64,000 nt of DNA, from contig OZ242220.1 in NCBI GenBank assembly GCA_965206745.1, positions 224,001-288,000 of the forward strand, in the 5' to 3' direction. Positions 49,801 to 59,526 of this stretch are shown here, piece by piece. The DNA is from Nitrosopumilus sp. (lineage in GTDB: Archaea; Thermoproteota; Nitrososphaeria; Nitrososphaerales; Nitrosopumilaceae). The notes beneath the pieces are model-generated. The model was not told the DNA's origin and did not search any database. It saw only the letters and a list, made by a program, of their open reading frames with translations. Each line of letters starts with the position of its first letter. Within the stretch, counting starts at the first letter, position 1. The translations under genes were made by a program, and so were the position numbers.

Positions 49801-49955
49801 TACACTGTTTAATTGAGTGGGGATTTCACTCGTCTGTAAAGTTAGGAGTGGTTTCAGTACACTCCGCATGTAGGATGACTAGAATATACATAGAGGTAGG
49901 TTGAAAACCCCGCCTATTATACAGCTGAGTGAATACACCACATTTAACAGTGCAA
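49801..49955. mobile_element. MITE-like unit: two inverted ~55-bp ends of the repeat family
   Basis: Left TACACTGTTTAATTG..TTTCA..TTTCA, right TGAAAAC..TGAATAC..CATTTAACAGTGCAA. No target duplication seen. Confidence 0.65.
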
Positions 49956-50535
49956 TGGATAGTTTTAATCCATCTAGTGGCAAGCTGTTTAATTCTTCAT
50001 ATGCTTTTGCAGTATCTCCATCAATCACATACAGACCATTTATTGTTGATGTAACTGAATAGTTATCTCCATACATGCTTGTAGATGTACTTGTAGGTGA
50101 TTTACTTAGAAACAATACAAATGTTTCATTTGGCTTGACATCTAATCGGTCATACAGTGATACTTGTGTATCTGATTCGCCACCCATTAACTGAACTTTT
50201 ACTGTCTTTTGATCTGTTTGTCCTTTGAGGATCTCTTGGATTTGTACTGTAGCCAAGGTAAACAACCATGGTGAATCATGTTGAGGATCTACCATTTTTT
50301 CATATGGTTCTACGCTTGTAACTTGGCCAACTATGATTAAATCAGCTGTTTTAACCAGCTCTGGCATAGTATACAATACACGATCAGAGTCTAATATTGA
50401 TACTATTTTGTCAGTTTCTGGTATGCTCTGTGGTTTGTGCGGTGTTGGTATTTGCTCACCAAATGATGAAATTATCCCAATTGCAGGTAACAGTGTTGCT
50501 AGTATCACTAAAGGAATAATGATTTTTGTCTTCAT
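49879..50535 (-). CDS. Secreted/anchored protein with TIMP/NTR-like beta-barrel pattern; C-terminus supplied by the MITE
   Basis: N-terminal hydrophobic segment. ELVKTADLIIVGQV..V.I.EILKG..V...GG..FVLFL. Confidence 0.65.
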   Translation of the reverse strand: MKTKIIIPLVILATLLPAIGIISSFGEQIPTPHKPQSIPETDKIVSILDSDRVLYTMPELVKTADLIIVGQVTSVEPYEKMVDPQHDSPWLFTLATVQIQEILKGQTDQKTVKVQLMGGESDTQVSLYDRLDVKPNETFVLFLSKSPTSTSTSMYGDNYSVTSTINGLYVIDGDTAKAYEELNSLPLDGLKLSIALLNVVYSLSCIIGGVFNLPLCIF

Positions 50536-50642
50536 CAGTACTTGTCCTGGACGGTTTGAATGTCGTGCGTTGGTGGCCTCCTGCAGATTTCCCCTATTCC
50601 GTGATTCGACTTCATCAAAGACTAGTCTTCATCATGGTATAA
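50535..50642 (-). pseudogene. C-terminal stump of a metzincin/matrixin-like metalloprotease
   Basis: Reads LYHDED*SLMKSNHGIGEICRRPPTHDIQTVQDKY*. TGATG overlap with the downstream start. Confidence 0.45.
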
Positions 50643-50969
50643 TATTGTTAAATGGCCTGACTCGTGGATAGCCCCAGAGAATTATTTGAGGCTCTGATAT
50701 AATTTGTACAAATCACTTGCAGGGATTTCAAAAATAAGGGAGGGTTTTGCCGGAACCTCAAAAGCCACCATGAATATGTCGTTGAAACTTGGAAAGATTC
50801 CCAAAGGCTTGCATGTGATCTGACTGGGCAGGAATTCCCAGAAACCATGAAAAACAAGCTCGATTTTTCATCGCAAATCCAATGTCCCAAACTCAATACT
50901 AGGGGCAAACGTACAGTCTGGCACTCTGATGTAGATAATTTTTTAACCGGCATCTGGAGTAGCTTCATC

Positions 50970-51437
50970 ATGCTTTCCAAAAGAACCATTATTGGATTAA
51001 TAGTTGGAAGTGTAATCATTGCAATAGGCGGATATTCCCTATTTACAAATATTGGAACAATTACCATTCATGAAGACTACACACTGAGTCTGGGCGATAC
51101 CATTCCCTACACGATCCCTGCACCTGCCAATACCGCACAAAAGATGAAGATTACAGGCAATGCTTTTGATCTCACACTTCAGAGTCCTGCAGACGGATTA
51201 CAGATACCGGACACTTCATACAAAGACGAGTTGGTTTTGGACTGGACTCATTTGGAGGATGGCGAAACAAAAATCCTAATTAAAAATACCGGAAATTCAG
51301 AGTTATCCATCACCGGAGAGCTGGTTCGGAGTTCTGATCCCATCTGGCTTACCTATGACATCATGGTGATAACCTCAGGGGTGATCATCATTGGATTTAG
51401 CATGGGCTTTACCTTGAGAAAGCCAAAGGGGTTCTAG
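50970..51437 (+). CDS. Conserved membrane protein (two terminal TM helices)
   Basis: Likely start MLSKRTIIG at 50970. Confidence 0.75.
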   Translation: MLSKRTIIGLIVGSVIIAIGGYSLFTNIGTITIHEDYTLSLGDTIPYTIPAPANTAQKMKITGNAFDLTLQSPADGLQIPDTSYKDELVLDWTHLEDGETKILIKNTGNSELSITGELVRSSDPIWLTYDIMVITSGVIIIGFSMGFTLRKPKGF

Positions 51438-52249
51438 CCTAATTTTGCAGAGGGGTACGAGCCGAGAACCTTGATAGACAGAGTCTCCTGACTTATCTTT
51501 TTTAGCATCTCTGAAATCTTGGGATTGCTCTTATGCCCTTCAAAATCCACGTAAAAGTTGTATTCCCAGGTGTTTGCCTTTGTTGGTCTTGACTCAATCT
51601 TTGTTAGATTGACATTGTTTCTGTGAAAGTTCTCTATAATTCTAAACAGCGAGCCTGGCTCGTGTTTTATTGAAAATATTATCGATGTTTTGTCGTTGCC
51701 TGTCTCAGAATTATCCCCCTTTGAGAGAATCAAGAACCTGGTATAGTTGTTCAAGTTGTTTGCAATGTTCTCTAGTATGACTGGCATCTGGTGTATTAGT
51801 GCCGCATCTTTGCTGGCAATGCTTGCATAATTTTCCTTCTTTAACTCTTTGACCATCTTTACACTTCCTGCAGTATCGTATGTGGGAATCGTCTTCATGC
51901 CGTGTTTCTCGATAAACTTTCTGCACTGACCCAGTGCTTGTGGATGCGAATACACCGTGTCTATCTCATCGATACTGCCGGTTCCAATCAGGCAGTGCTC
52001 TATCCTGTGATAAATCTCACCCGTGGCATTTAGCGATGTCAGATACAGCAGATCATAACTCTCACCGACGCTTCCTTCCAGGGAATTCTCCACTGGCAGA
52101 ACTGCAAACTGGGTTTTGTCATTAAAAGTGCTATCAAGGGCCTCTGCAAACGTGGCTTGGGGTACGGCCTCGATCTGTTGTTCAAAGAATGACTTGGCTG
52201 CTGCCTCACTATATGCACCTCGTTCGCCTTGGAACGATACGTGTACCAT
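51434..52249 (-). CDS. pheA: Prephenate dehydratase
   Basis: QGERGAYSE, PVENSLEGSV, SHPQALGQC, NYTRF, LTKIESRP. Confidence 0.96.
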   Translation of the reverse strand: MVHVSFQGERGAYSEAAAKSFFEQQIEAVPQATFAEALDSTFNDKTQFAVLPVENSLEGSVGESYDLLYLTSLNATGEIYHRIEHCLIGTGSIDEIDTVYSHPQALGQCRKFIEKHGMKTIPTYDTAGSVKMVKELKKENYASIASKDAALIHQMPVILENIANNLNNYTRFLILSKGDNSETGNDKTSIIFSIKHEPGSLFRIIENFHRNNVNLTKIESRPTKANTWEYNFYVDFEGHKSNPKISEMLKKISQETLSIKVLGSYPSAKLG

Positions 52250-52252
52250 CTG

Positions 52253-52804
52253 TTACCCTCGTAAGTTTACAAAGTCGGTATTTCCAAAGTTTGCGGAGAT
52301 CTTTCTCTCGTCAATCCATGCACAATCGGTGCATTTTATCGCATCGCGCATTGGAACTACCTTGCCTCCGCATTTTCTGCACTTGGTAAACAGAATTCCC
52401 AAACTTGGCTCGCTGATTCCTGCATGGATGGTACCGTTAAGATGGTTAAGGATTTTTAATGTGACAATGTCGTTAACCAGTGCGACATTTCTTATTCTCA
52501 AATTCCGTGTCCCACAGATACACTCCACCTTGGATGTCGTCGGCTTTCCATTAATGTAATCAATGGAGACTGCAATCATGGATGACATTACTGCTGCAAC
52601 TGTCCCGATAATCACGTCTCCGACCTTGGGTATTGATAGAAGTTTTGGATGCTTTACGTTGACAGTCCGTGATACCTTGTCAACATCCTTCTCCCCGATG
52701 GTGGCTGCCCTGACCATGTCCCCGTCATCAAAGGCGTTGTTTCCTGCCTCATACTCCTCAATGGCCGCTATTTTGTCGCCTGGAAATATTGCATTTTCTG
52801 ACAT
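52253..52804 (-). CDS. csl4: Exosome complex RNA-binding protein Csl4
   Basis: FPGD.IA.IEEY, S1 domain, CRKCG..CTDC..ERK. Start MSENAIF. Confidence 0.9.
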   Translation of the reverse strand: MSENAIFPGDKIAAIEEYEAGNNAFDDGDMVRAATIGEKDVDKVSRTVNVKHPKLLSIPKVGDVIIGTVAAVMSSMIAVSIDYINGKPTTSKVECICGTRNLRIRNVALVNDIVTLKILNHLNGTIHAGISEPSLGILFTKCRKCGGKVVPMRDAIKCTDCAWIDERKISANFGNTDFVNLRG

Positions 52805-52892
52805 GCTGGGAATTTTACTTTTATGATTATAATTGTTTGTGGTTTGGCAGGACCCTGATAAATCATATATCTTTAGAAAACTGGTGAAAACC

Positions 52893-53969
52893 ATGAGGGC
52901 TCTGGTATATGAGAGGTATGCTGATGGGGATGATTTTTCCAAAATACTGCAAATTAAGGAGATTCCAATGCCTGTACCAAAATCCGATGAGGTTGTAATC
53001 AAGGTGGAGACTGCCGCATTAAACTATGATGATATCTGGGCAATGAGGGGCAAGCCGCTGGAAATCCCGTTGCCTCATATCTCTGGCACCGATGCTGCCG
53101 GCGCAGTTACGGCAGTTGGAAGTGATGTGAAGAACATCAAGGTTGGTGACAGGGTTGTCTCACATGGAAATATGTCCTGCAGGGTCTGCAAGGCATGTAC
53201 TGGTGGCAGGGAGTTTGATTGCAGAAGACGAGTCATCTGGGGCTTTCAAACAGGTCCGCTTTGGGGAGGCTATTGTGAGTTTACGCATCTTCCAGAAGTC
53301 AACGTCGTGAAAATTCCAGAGGGAGTCTCATATGATCAAGCTGCCGCTGCATCGATGACTCTGTTGACATCGTGGCACATGCTGATTGGCAGGGCAAAAA
53401 TTCAGCCCGGACAGATAGTTCTGATAATGGGCGGCAGTTCAGGTGTTGGAAATTATGGGATTCAGATTGCAAAACTGTTTGGATGCACCGTAATTGCCAC
53501 TGCAAGTCCTGACAAGTTAGAGAAGCTGTTGGAACTGGGGGCGGATTTTGCAGTTGACCATAGAAAGGAGGACTGGCACAAGGAAGTAAGATCAATTGCA
53601 AAAAAAATTCCCAAACCATCGGGGGACGTTCCCGGTGTGGATGTAATTTTTGAACACATCGGAGGCTCGCATTGGAATAAAGAGCTGACACTGCTAAACT
53701 ATGGCGGAACAATTGTCACTACCGGCGCCACCACGGGATACAATGCCAAGACTGATCTGCGTCACATCTTTTTTAAGGGGATAAACATACTGGGTTCCAC
53801 GCAAGGAACGCGGGCCGAATTGGAACAGGGACTCTATTGGATGTCGCAGGGCAGAATCAAGTCTGTCATTGATTCGGTATACCCGCTAGAGGATGCCGCC
53901 GAAGCTCACACAAGGATGCTCAAGGGCAAAGGCCTCTTTGGAAAAATCCTAATCAAGCCAGGATCTTGA
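52893..53969 (+). CDS. Zinc-binding MDR alcohol dehydrogenase/quinone reductase
   Basis: PHISGTDAAG, CRVCKAC..C, GGSSGVG, FGKI. Confidence 0.9.
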   Translation: MRALVYERYADGDDFSKILQIKEIPMPVPKSDEVVIKVETAALNYDDIWAMRGKPLEIPLPHISGTDAAGAVTAVGSDVKNIKVGDRVVSHGNMSCRVCKACTGGREFDCRRRVIWGFQTGPLWGGYCEFTHLPEVNVVKIPEGVSYDQAAAASMTLLTSWHMLIGRAKIQPGQIVLIMGGSSGVGNYGIQIAKLFGCTVIATASPDKLEKLLELGADFAVDHRKEDWHKEVRSIAKKIPKPSGDVPGVDVIFEHIGGSHWNKELTLLNYGGTIVTTGATTGYNAKTDLRHIFFKGINILGSTQGTRAELEQGLYWMSQGRIKSVIDSVYPLEDAAEAHTRMLKGKGLFGKILIKPGS

Positions 53970-53973
53970 TGAT

Positions 53974-54573
53974 ATGAACAATCCAAAGACAGATTCCATT
54001 CTAGATGAGGGCAATAGGCTGTTCTTGGCAGGCAAGCTGCGTGAGGCCATCTCATACTATGACAAGGTTCTCGATGAGGACCCCAAGCACGTGGGCGCCC
54101 TTAACAACAAGGGATACGCCCTGAGCAAGCTAAAGGACTTTGATAGTGCAATAGAATGCTATGATGCCGCATTGCAGGGCTCCCCAGATGATCTTTCATT
54201 GCTAGTTAACAAAATCTCGTCATTTCGCAAGCAGGAGAGGTTTGCCGATGCACTCTCAATGTGCAACAGCATACTGGATGGGAATTCAAAGTACAACATT
54301 GCACTATACCACAAGGAGCGAATCTTATCCTCAATGGGGGATTATGAAGAATCCATCAGGTGCTGCAACCAAATTTTGGATGCCTATCCCGAGAACGGGG
54401 ATGTCCTGTTTGACAAATCCTGCAGCCTTGCAATGCTGTCCAAAAATGACGATGCGCTGGATTTGCTCAAACTCGCCATCTCCCAAGGGACACAATACAA
54501 GACCAAAGCCAAAAAATCGAGAATATTTGCAAGACTCTCCGATGATGCACGATTCAAAAAATTAGTTTTGTAA
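53974..54573 (+). CDS. TPR repeat protein
   Basis: Repeated A...Y..AL...P....L.NKG units. Confidence 0.88.
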   Translation: MNNPKTDSILDEGNRLFLAGKLREAISYYDKVLDEDPKHVGALNNKGYALSKLKDFDSAIECYDAALQGSPDDLSLLVNKISSFRKQERFADALSMCNSILDGNSKYNIALYHKERILSSMGDYEESIRCCNQILDAYPENGDVLFDKSCSLAMLSKNDDALDLLKLAISQGTQYKTKAKKSRIFARLSDDARFKKLVL

Positions 54574-55569
54574 CTATAGCCAATGGGGGATTTCCAGGTA
54601 CTCGTCAATGCTCTCTTTTCGTAAAACCTTGAGAAGTGCATTGGCCTGGGGGGTAGACAGTACTGGCTTGTCAAACTGGTTGTCAGTAGAAATTCTTGGG
54701 CATGCAACCTGGACAAACGCGTCAATTCCCCTAAGATTGTTTAATCGCTCGTTTGTAATGTCTGTAAGTGCAAACAGCTGGACTGATTTCCCTTCCTTCT
54801 CCAGCTCTTTTTTGAACTTTAGGCCAAACACCTTTGAGAGCTGTCCCTCCTTTAACCCGATGATTATCCCAAATGATTTTGCCTCTGCAGCTTTGAATAT
54901 TGCCAGGGTTGCCTTCTTTTTTAGCGTACGCGCAAACTCTGTTATCTCCCTTACTTCATTAAAATACGGATCCAAAACAAATGTTGGCAAATTCGTCGAT
55001 AATGCGATTCCTGCCGCATGAAAGTTGCTCTGTCCCAAAAACACATAGGCATCAACCTCTTTTTTTAACTCTGTTGCAGGATAAAACTCACAGCCAAACA
55101 CTTGGCCGTCGTTTAACTGCCCCTTTCCCTTTCCGATCCGCACTGTAATCCCGTTTTCTGTCAGAATTTTTTCAACCCCATCTATTTGATGCAGGTGCTG
55201 GCTGTCTGTAACCAGTGAAATTACTTTGCCCCTTAGGATCTCTGTGCACTTTTCTGCAACACCGTCAAACTTTACGTCATCAAAGGCATCAATTAAAACC
55301 AAATTTTTCTCCAATGACTCTGTGTTAATCGTGTGTCCAATGTTGAATTGAATCTCGGCCCCCAGTATCTTTGAACCAGTCGTGTTCAGATCACAGGTTC
55401 CCCACGTGGTATCTGCCAAAACATATGCCGGTATCTCATACTTTTTTGAAATTTTAACTGCCATATCCTGAACCTGGGGCAGCATGCCATCTGGGCCATT
55501 TAGTGAAACAGAAGCCGGTCTCTTCTCATCTATCTCTTTGAAAATTCTTGCCTCATCTATTATGATCAA
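54574..55569 (-). CDS. dph2: Diphthamide biosynthesis enzyme Dph2
   Basis: WGTCD, GQVFGC, FHA, K.GQ, ACPRI. Confidence 0.92.
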   Translation of the reverse strand: MIIIDEARIFKEIDEKRPASVSLNGPDGMLPQVQDMAVKISKKYEIPAYVLADTTWGTCDLNTTGSKILGAEIQFNIGHTINTESLEKNLVLIDAFDDVKFDGVAEKCTEILRGKVISLVTDSQHLHQIDGVEKILTENGITVRIGKGKGQLNDGQVFGCEFYPATELKKEVDAYVFLGQSNFHAAGIALSTNLPTFVLDPYFNEVREITEFARTLKKKATLAIFKAAEAKSFGIIIGLKEGQLSKVFGLKFKKELEKEGKSVQLFALTDITNERLNNLRGIDAFVQVACPRISTDNQFDKPVLSTPQANALLKVLRKESIDEYLEIPHWL

Positions 55570-55612
55570 TTCAGCTTCGAGTGTCGTATTATTAATTTAA
55601 ATCAACTGAGGC

Positions 55613-56980
55613 TTGCAACAACTAAAAATGCCTGATCGTGTAAAACAAGTCGTGGAAAAGGAGACTGTGCTTTATGTGGGGTTTGATGACACTGATTCCC
55701 CTAAAGGAATGTGTACCACCTTCTTGGCGTACAAGATTGTTGACTCGCTCCAAAAGCAAAAGACGGAATTTCTGGATTTTCCACGGCTAATTCGATTCAA
55801 CCCCAACATTCCATGGAAGACTAGGGGAAACGGGGCTGTCTCCTTCAAAATAAAGACAAAGAGTCCGTCGAAAATAAAAGATCAGATCAAAAGCCTTGTT
55901 CAGAGATACTCTGATACTGAAAATGGCGCCAATCCCGGACTGGTATTTTTTGAAAGCGACAGTATTCCCCCCGAGTTTGTCAAGTTCAGCAAGCTGGCCC
56001 TGTGGCAGTTAATTAATCGTAACAGTGCAAAGATATTTGCCAAAAAAAACAATCTCGAGGTTCACTATCAGGGAAACGGCCAAGGATTAATTGGTGCAAT
56101 CGGCGCAATTGGCTATGACTTTGATGATCACACGTTGGAGCTCTTGAGTTACCGCAAGAGATCAGAATTTGGAAAAGAGAGAAAGATTTCTGCCAAAAGT
56201 GTAGAGTCTATGCAGGAAAAGACTTCTCCCAACACGTTTAACAGCTTTGATACAAGAAAGGGCAGAGTTTTAATCACTCCGCACGGACCTGATCCTGTTT
56301 TTTACGGGGTCAGGGGTGAGAATGTGGATTCTTTGATTCATGCCACCAAGATTCTCAAAACGACTGAAAAGCTAGACGGATACATGATCTTCAAATCAAA
56401 CCAGGGAACCGGTGATCATCTGAGAAATGAACTGACTCCTGAAAATATGAGGCCTTATGCCTCTGGAAAAATTTCAGGTACCGTATCAGATACGCCAAGG
56501 GTTGCAAAGGGAGGCCACGTATTTTTTAAAATTCTTTCTCAGAATCATGAATTTTGGTGTGCCGTCTACAAGCCGACTGGCATGACTGCCGTCGCGTCAA
56601 ATTTGCTGCAAGGGGATAAAATCAGCGCCGGCGGGGGAGTTAGAAAGGCATCCAAAAATTTCCCACGCATAGTCAATCTTGAATTCATTGATGTTATCTC
56701 ACTTGAAAAAAACATCGTCCTCTCAAACCCACAATGCAAAAGATGTCGCAAGAAAATGAAATCCAAGGGAGTCAATCAGGGATTTGAGTGCATTCGCTGC
56801 GGGAGGAGATCCTTGAAGAAGATACCTGCTGAAATTTCAAGGGACATCAAAAAACAACTCTATCTTCCGGCAGTCTCTGCCCACAGGCATCTGAGCAGGC
56901 CCTTGCAGAGGATTGGAATGGCCAACAAACCCTCAAAATTTGACGAGTCCCTTTCATGGTTTCGTGTTTATGGGAAATAG
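55613..56980 (+). CDS. tiaS: tRNA(Ile2) agmatinylcytidine synthetase
   Basis: GFDDTDS..GMCTT, NPNIPWKTRGNG, PHGPDPV.YG.RG, SNQGT, Zn ribbon. Confidence 0.95.
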   Translation: MQQLKMPDRVKQVVEKETVLYVGFDDTDSPKGMCTTFLAYKIVDSLQKQKTEFLDFPRLIRFNPNIPWKTRGNGAVSFKIKTKSPSKIKDQIKSLVQRYSDTENGANPGLVFFESDSIPPEFVKFSKLALWQLINRNSAKIFAKKNNLEVHYQGNGQGLIGAIGAIGYDFDDHTLELLSYRKRSEFGKERKISAKSVESMQEKTSPNTFNSFDTRKGRVLITPHGPDPVFYGVRGENVDSLIHATKILKTTEKLDGYMIFKSNQGTGDHLRNELTPENMRPYASGKISGTVSDTPRVAKGGHVFFKILSQNHEFWCAVYKPTGMTAVASNLLQGDKISAGGGVRKASKNFPRIVNLEFIDVISLEKNIVLSNPQCKRCRKKMKSKGVNQGFECIRCGRRSLKKIPAEISRDIKKQLYLPAVSAHRHLSRPLQRIGMANKPSKFDESLSWFRVYGK

Positions 56981-56981
56981 G

Positions 56982-57056
56982 TAGCGGGGAGTAGATTTGA
57001 ACTACTGAACTGCGGGTTATGAGCCCGCCGGGATGACCTGGCTTCCCCACCCCGCT
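56982..57056 (-). tRNA. Initiator tRNA-Met (CAT)
   Basis: AGCGGGG/CCCCGCT acceptor with A1-U72, anticodon arm GCGGG-CTCATAA-CCCGC (three G-C pairs), T-loop TTCAAAT. Confidence 0.95.
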
Positions 57057-57138
57057 GAACATAAATGAAGTCGAGCCGTATATACGCTTTATCAAATCCT
57101 TGAAAGTAATTAATAGGATTTGCCGGCCTCTTGTTTTC

Positions 57139-58230
57139 ATGGATAAAAAAATTCAGGTCGCTGTAATTGTTGTTGCCATTGCATTTTCGGCATTGGTTTT
57201 GACATCCCCAAATGATCCCATTCCATTGCCTAACACGGATCCTGATTTTAAAAATGACTTTGTAACCATATTGGCTGAAAATCTAGACAAGCCAAGAGCT
57301 ATGGCCATCTCCGGTGATAGGATTTTTGTCACTGAAAAAGACGGGATGATTAGAGTGATTCAGAATAACACCCTGCTGGAATCACCACTAGCTACATTGC
57401 GCGGTGCCGACGTCTTTGATGGCGGATTATTGGGAATTGCACTGCACCCGAACTTTTCTTCCAACCACTACCTGTATGTGTTTTTGACATATGATGAGAA
57501 TGGAAATTTATGGAACAAGATTATAAGAATTACTGAATCAGGGAACAAGCTGCAAAGTGCAGAAGTTATTTTAGACAGGATCCCCGGCTCTTCATTTACA
57601 AATGGCGGCTTTGTTAAATTTGGACCTGACGAAAAACTATACGTGGGTACCGGCACGATCTCTGATGCGTCACACCTGCCACAGGATCTTGACTCCCTGT
57701 CTGGAAAAATTTTGAGACTAAATGATGATGGCACTATTCCTGAGGACAACCCGTTTGCCGACTCTCCAGTCTATTCACTAGGACACAGAAATCCACAAGG
57801 AATGACCTGGGATGATGATGGAAACCTGTTTGTTGCAGAGTTTGGACCGGAAAAAAATGACGAGATCAATCTGATTCAAGCGGGGAAAAACTACGGATGG
57901 CCCCAACAAGAATGCTCCGGCAATGCAAGCTTTGAGGATGCCATAACCTGCTATGATCCAAGTATAGAACCTGGAGGCATCCTGTTTTATTCCGGGGACA
58001 CCTTGGATTTTGAATCCCCGTTCATCATGACTTCCATGAGGGCTGCAAATCTCTACCAGGTGGATTTTGAGGAAGGCCTGAGTTCACAAAAATCAATCCT
58101 TAGCGGGATTGGTCGTATACGTGACGTGGTAGAAGGCCCTGACGGCAGTCTTTATGTAATCACTTCAAATACCGATGGAAAAGGTTTTCCAGACAGTACA
58201 GATGACAAACTATTGAGGATATTGAAATAA
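57139..58230 (+). CDS. PQQ-dependent sugar dehydrogenase (GSDH beta-propeller), membrane-anchored
   Basis: GGLLGIALHPNF, FGPD.KLYV, GKILR, GHRNPQG, NYGWP. Confidence 0.9.
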   Translation: MDKKIQVAVIVVAIAFSALVLTSPNDPIPLPNTDPDFKNDFVTILAENLDKPRAMAISGDRIFVTEKDGMIRVIQNNTLLESPLATLRGADVFDGGLLGIALHPNFSSNHYLYVFLTYDENGNLWNKIIRITESGNKLQSAEVILDRIPGSSFTNGGFVKFGPDEKLYVGTGTISDASHLPQDLDSLSGKILRLNDDGTIPEDNPFADSPVYSLGHRNPQGMTWDDDGNLFVAEFGPEKNDEINLIQAGKNYGWPQQECSGNASFEDAITCYDPSIEPGGILFYSGDTLDFESPFIMTSMRAANLYQVDFEEGLSSQKSILSGIGRIRDVVEGPDGSLYVITSNTDGKGFPDSTDDKLLRILK

Positions 58231-58231
58231 A

Positions 58232-59488
58232 ATGAGTGATTCGTCAATCCCAAAATTCTTTGAAAAATCCAGAAAAGAGAGGCTGGATGTCGTTGCCAAT
58301 TTTGCAAACCTGTCAGATGAGGAGTTGGAAACTTTGCAAAACGATAACGGGGGAATCTCTTTTCAAAAGGCCGACAAAATGGTTGAAAATGCAATTGGAA
58401 CCTTTTCACTGCCGCTAGGAATTGCCACCAATTTTAAGATTAACGGCAAAGACTATCTTGTACCGATGGTTATTGAAGAGCCATCCGTAATAGCTGCCGC
58501 ATCAAAGGGGGCTAAAATTGCACGGATTAAGGGCGGATTTGAGGTGTCAGCAGACGAATCTTTTAGCATCGGACAGATACAAGTCTTGGATGCTGACATT
58601 GCATCATCTGCATCCAAACTAAGGGATGCCGCAGATCAAATTATCGGACTGGCAAACTCAAAGAGCAACACTCTGTCTAAAATGGGTAAGGGTGCAAAGG
58701 AGATCTCATGCAAAGAGATCGATACTCACTCTGGAAAAATGCTGATTGTCGAGCTGCTCGTTGATGTGGGTGATGCCATGGGTGCCAATGTGACAAACAC
58801 AATGTGCGAGGCAGTCTCACCCTTGATTGAAAAGATTACCGGTGGCAGGGCACTGTTGAGGATACTATCGAATTACTCCACAAGAAGAATGGTCAGAGCA
58901 AAAGCGGTCTTTGAGAAGGATGCAGTCGGAGGAGAGCAGGTAGTAGATGACATTGTTTCCGCATTTGAGTTTGCCGACAATGACGTGTATCGGGCAGTCA
59001 CTCATAACAAAGGCATCATGAACGGTACTGTTGCAGTTGCAAATGCCATGGGCCAGGACAGTAGAGCAATAGAGGCTGCGGCAAATGCATATGCGGCACA
59101 AACCGGAAGATACCGCTCCCTAAGCAGGTGGAGCAAGGATGATCAGGGGAATCTGGTCGGAACCCTGCAGATGCCCCTCTCCGTAGGCATCGTAGGCGGA
59201 ATTGCAAATGTTCATCCGGTAGCCAAGGTCTGCGCAAAAATTCTGGGGGCAACATCTGCACAAGAACTTGCATGTGTGATGACTGCCGTGGGATTGGCCC
59301 AAAATTATAGTGCAATCGTGGCTCTTGCCACTGACGGGATCCAAAAAGGGCACATGCGCCTTCATGCAAGGAATCTGGCAGCAGCCGCAGGCGCCACACC
59401 TGATCAGACTGACAAAATCGTCCAAAAAATGATCGAAGAAAAGAGAATTTCACTTGATAGGGCAAAAGAGCTGCTTGGGCAAATTTAA
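58232..59488 (+). CDS. mvaA: HMG-CoA reductase, class II
   Basis: ENAIG, EEPSVIAAAS, DAMGAN, ILSN, THNKG, QKGHMRLH. Confidence 0.95.
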   Translation: MSDSSIPKFFEKSRKERLDVVANFANLSDEELETLQNDNGGISFQKADKMVENAIGTFSLPLGIATNFKINGKDYLVPMVIEEPSVIAAASKGAKIARIKGGFEVSADESFSIGQIQVLDADIASSASKLRDAADQIIGLANSKSNTLSKMGKGAKEISCKEIDTHSGKMLIVELLVDVGDAMGANVTNTMCEAVSPLIEKITGGRALLRILSNYSTRRMVRAKAVFEKDAVGGEQVVDDIVSAFEFADNDVYRAVTHNKGIMNGTVAVANAMGQDSRAIEAAANAYAAQTGRYRSLSRWSKDDQGNLVGTLQMPLSVGIVGGIANVHPVAKVCAKILGATSAQELACVMTAVGLAQNYSAIVALATDGIQKGHMRLHARNLAAAAGATPDQTDKIVQKMIEEKRISLDRAKELLGQI

Positions 59489-59526
59489 ACATGCGATTAT
59501 ATACCTAAAAAGTGAAAAAATTAAAA

